Positions 29,407 through 32,000 of a stretch of DNA of 32,000 nt are shown piece after piece. The translations under genes were made by a program, and so were the position numbers. Below the pieces are notes generated by a model, which saw only the letters and a list, made by a program, of their open reading frames with translations, did no database searches and was not told where the DNA came from. The stretch covers positions 600,001 through 632,000 of the forward strand of contig NC_014408.1 of the NCBI RefSeq assembly GCF_000145295.1. Reading direction: 5' to 3'. This stretch comes from Methanothermobacter marburgensis str. Marburg. GTDB lineage: Archaea > Methanobacteriota > Methanobacteria > Methanobacteriales > Methanothermobacteraceae. The stretch's first letter is position 1. Every line of letters starts with the position of its first letter.

Positions 29407-30330
29407 CTATGAAAACCTACGGAATAACTGTGGCCTGAAACCCAGTCCCAGCAGGATTTCCTTGTCCTCATCCTTTAATTCGTGCTCTGAACTTGGGGGG
29501 ACAGGTTTCCCGTCCCTTGCAAGTATCACTCCACCCTTACGCTGGGCCCCCATGAATTTACCTGCACTTCCGTTCACTATGAGGTAACCGTCCCTCATAT
29601 CTATGCCAGAGAAGTCGTCACAGTCACCATCTATGATAACCGTGCCACCACTGAGGAGCGCCCCAGTATTTTTACCGGCGTTACCATTCACCCGGACCGT
29701 CCCGCGCCTCATGAGTATCCCGGTTGATAGGTCCACGTCCCCGTTGTGGATCACCTCGGCGTCAACATCAAGCCTGGCGCAGAGGGTGTCCCTGACGTGA
29801 CCATCATCTATGACCATCCTGCCGGGGGTGAATGTAAAATTAACAGGTTTTTCACCCCTGAGGCCCGATTTGAGGATGTCAGTTACTGATAGGAACTTCT
29901 TATACCCCCTCCTATCGGATTTAACCTCAACCACGTTCCCCACAGGGTCCTTAACCTTTCCCTTAACGTAAATTGTGCCTGAGACCATGCTGATACCCAT
30001 ACGGGTGTCCACATCCCCCTCAACGGTCAAGACACCTGTATCCAGGGCGCCGCCAGTCCCCCCAAAGTATGCAAGGTCCGCCCCCATGCTTGAGGCGAGC
30101 CTGTGGCCGGCATCCCCCCTCACAACCACCTCACCTCCACCCTTGAGGTGTTCAACAACATCCCTGAAGGTGCAGGATGTACCTGGGATCCTGTCCTCAG
30201 GGTCAAGCTTCTCACCCCTGTGCTGCCAGTGGAAGTTGTAGGTGAAATCCGCGATGCAGTCCACCGGCCCATCGGGTTCAAGTTCAATAACTTCCCTTTC
30301 ATCCCTCCTCCTTCCAAAGAGTCCGAACAT
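29407..30330 (-). CDS. GXGXG-motif beta-helix protein (glutamate synthase domain 3 / FwdC-like)
   Basis: 307 aa with repeated G-x-x-G turns: VVRGDAGHRLASSMG, LTVEGDVDTRMGISMVSGTIYVKG, VRVNGNAGKNTGALLSGGTVIIDGDCDDFSGIDMRDGYLIVNGSAGKFMG. An insertion of about 60 aa splits the repeats. Confidence 0.7.
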   Translation of the reverse strand: MFGLFGRRRDEREVIELEPDGPVDCIADFTYNFHWQHRGEKLDPEDRIPGTSCTFRDVVEHLKGGGEVVVRGDAGHRLASSMGADLAYFGGTGGALDTGVLTVEGDVDTRMGISMVSGTIYVKGKVKDPVGNVVEVKSDRRGYKKFLSVTDILKSGLRGEKPVNFTFTPGRMVIDDGHVRDTLCARLDVDAEVIHNGDVDLSTGILMRRGTVRVNGNAGKNTGALLSGGTVIIDGDCDDFSGIDMRDGYLIVNGSAGKFMGAQRKGGVILARDGKPVPPSSEHELKDEDKEILLGLGFRPQLFRRFS

Positions 30331-30424
30331 GAGAGCACCTCCACATATTTATTACTCCAACCACAGATTTATATACCCATACGATTAAGTTCCCTTCTGT
30401 TATATCAATCAAGAGGATGGTAAC

Positions 30425-31042
30425 TTGCCCGGTAAAATGGAGATACTCAGAGCCCTATCTGAGCTGGGAGTGGATACAAGGTTTGTGAGTGTAACAGACA
30501 GTGAGGTCCTCATAAACAACCTCCGTTTCTCAAGGTTCTCAAGGAGGAGGGAGGAGGAGTTCAGCTCAAGGTACCCTGAGATCAGGGTGGTAAGGTCGGG
30601 GATATTCCAGAGGATATGCTCAAGGGCATCCAGGGTCCTCGCATCAATCCTGAGGCCCAGGGTGGGTGTTAGGATCCAGGCCGAAGGTGAGATGGCCAAT
30701 GCGCTCCATGTGATCCTTGAGCCCTACACAAGAAAGTACGGCATAAGAATCGGTGAGGGGGAGGTCACTGCACTTCCAGCCACACTGGATCACTCCATTG
30801 CAGCGGCACTTGAGGATATGGTGAGGGGTGAGCCTATAAGGTACCATCACAGGTCAACATCCAAGGTTATATACCCCCTCTCAACTGTACCTGCAGCGTG
30901 GATTGAGTCCTGGCTTGGCACTGAAATCACCATCACCACCAACCCAATCGTGGCGGAGTTCATGGAGTTTTTCAATGAGAATGTACCCCAGTTCAGGGAT
31001 AAGATGCGGAAGTCCCTTGAGTTCATAGGGGAAAATGGTTGA
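30425..31042 (+). CDS. Hypothetical protein, possibly a PP-loop ATPase relative with a degenerate nucleotide-binding loop
   Basis: 205 aa. RFVSVTDSEVLI sits where PP-loop enzymes have SGGxDS. TLDHSIAAALEDMVRG and VIYPLSTVPAAWIESW resemble the TLDD..E..L.N..RG and PL...E. segments of the TilS/TtcA/NcsA-type proteins. The start is TTG 30425 or ATG 30437. Confidence 0.35.
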   Translation: MPGKMEILRALSELGVDTRFVSVTDSEVLINNLRFSRFSRRREEEFSSRYPEIRVVRSGIFQRICSRASRVLASILRPRVGVRIQAEGEMANALHVILEPYTRKYGIRIGEGEVTALPATLDHSIAAALEDMVRGEPIRYHHRSTSKVIYPLSTVPAAWIESWLGTEITITTNPIVAEFMEFFNENVPQFRDKMRKSLEFIGENG

Positions 31043-31112
31043 TTAGTTATTATCTTGCAGCTGCGTGCCTGCCTGGAGAAAAGAGGTTTATTGGGGAATT
31101 GATTTTACAGGG

Positions 31113-31147
31113 AAAAAATAAGGGGTGAATGAATTCAATGATCACCC
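31113..31147 (-). terminator. Hairpin (6-bp stem overlapping the stop codon) followed by T6, downstream of rfcL
   Basis: On the minus strand, GGGTGA (31147-31142) pairs with TCACCC (31128-31123) across a 13-nt loop. This is followed by CTTATTTTTTCC (T6 = 31118-31113). Confidence 0.5.
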
Positions 31148-32000
31148 TGAGAACTGGAAGAGCGAAGTCTGCTTCTCACGGGGCTTATCATCACCGGAAT
31201 CTGATCCGGGGGATTTATCATCACTGGATTTTCTGGTTTTACCTTCAGTTGACTTACTGCCCCTATCCGCGCTCCGGGACTTCTTCTTCTGGGTGTAAAG
31301 TGGTCCAGTCTTATCAGACTTTTTACGTGTCTTCTTAGCTTTGGGAGCCTTTATCTTCCTTTTCCTGAACAGTTTAACCTCTTCGTCTGTGAGTTCAAGG
31401 AATTCCCTCATCTCATAGGCCATTTCATCGTTCCCGAATATTATCTCCATGTAGGGGAACAGTGAAATTGCAACCTTGGGTGATATGTGCATCCTCTCAG
31501 CCATCTTACCTGCAACACTGTCACGGAGGTTCCTCTGCTTGCGTGTTCTCCCAAGTAACCTGAAGGAGGATGAACCTGTGTACCTGACGAATTTCCTGTA
31601 GGTCTTCTCCTTGGCGAGGGCGACACCGGGACCCATGAGATCAGAGGCGTAGCGCCAGTAGGTGTAGTTCCTGCTCCTCACAGCACGGCCAAAGAATATA
31701 TCTGCATGTGATAGCATGTCATAGGCCCTGCTGATCTCATGGGGCTTTTCATATTCCCTTGGAACATTCTCTGCAATGAATTCAAGTACAAGTGTCGGGT
31801 CATCATCCACCCTCATGGCCTCCCTGATCTTTGAGAAGTCTCGGCTCTTCAGAACGGCCCTAACGGCGTCGAAGAGATTGGATGTGGAGTCCTTCTCACC
31901 CATGCTGAGGAGTTCCTCACCAACCCGCTCCTCACCACTGGCCACCGCCTCAAGGTCATTGATCGCAGAACGCAGATCCCCATGGGACCTCTTTGCAAGT
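31142..32000 (-). CDS. rfcL: Replication factor C large subunit, C-terminal part (the gene continues beyond the window end)
   Basis: The frame is open to position 32000 (…[24 protein letters not shown]…). The tracked M at 31945 is an internal GTG (Val). Downstream come [31 protein letters not shown], a Lys/Ser-rich tail, and the terminal PIP-like QTSLFQF. Confidence 0.88.
   Translation of the reverse strand, partial: LAKRSHGDLRSAINDLEAVASGEERVGEELLSMGEKDSTSNLFDAVRAVLKSRDFSKIREAMRVDDDPTLVLEFIAENVPREYEKPHEISRAYDMLSHADIFFGRAVRSRNYTYWRYASDLMGPGVALAKEKTYRKFVRYTGSSSFRLLGRTRKQRNLRDSVAGKMAERMHISPKVAISLFPYMEIIFGNDEMAYEMREFLELTDEEVKLFRKRKIKAPKAKKTRKKSDKTGPLYTQKKKSRSADRGSKSTEGKTRKSSDDKSPGSDSGDDKPREKQTSLFQFSG

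Overview
The window looks like a chromosomal, mostly housekeeping segment of a thermophilic hydrogenotrophic methanogen. The best fit is Methanothermobacter (Methanobacteriales). From memory and unverified, the gene content and order match the MTH212 to MTH241 neighbourhood of M. thermautotrophicus. I can support about 29 protein-coding genes at high density.

On the minus strand, in transcription order (descending coordinates): a DtxR-family repressor, FeoB and an ExoIII nuclease; a frameshifted acetyl-CoA synthetase followed by a SatP/YaaH-type acetate channel; a thermosome subunit; an FprA flavodiiron protein with a small unknown partner; a QueG/RdhA-like Fe-S protein; and cyclic-2,3-diphosphoglycerate synthetase with an unknown partner.

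On the plus strand: a hisD-aspS-cbiC-hemL run, then uppS, tatD, a riboflavin-pathway reductase, and a 1306-aa CobN-like protein. The window ends with DedA, an FwdC-like GXGXG protein, and the 3' part of the RFC large subunit.

I saw no rRNA, tRNA, CRISPR array, transposase, integrase or prophage signature, and no classical defence island.

The unusual signals are:
1. Short tandem segmental duplications (period 47-70 bp) recur on gene 3' ends or gene junctions at five to seven loci. They include a 57-bp x 2.7 repeat and a 26-bp perfect repeat at the acs/transporter junction.
2. A full-length CobN-type chelatase homologue carries a signal peptide, about two dozen N-glycosylation sequons and a C-terminal membrane anchor, so it is predicted to be extracytoplasmic.
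3. A one-base frame disruption splits acs.
4. A TatD gene has its catalytic N-terminus upstream of any canonical start codon.
5. Iron-box-like palindromes lie over the promoter and RBS of the DtxR gene.

All family calls come from reading motifs in the translations; no database search was run.
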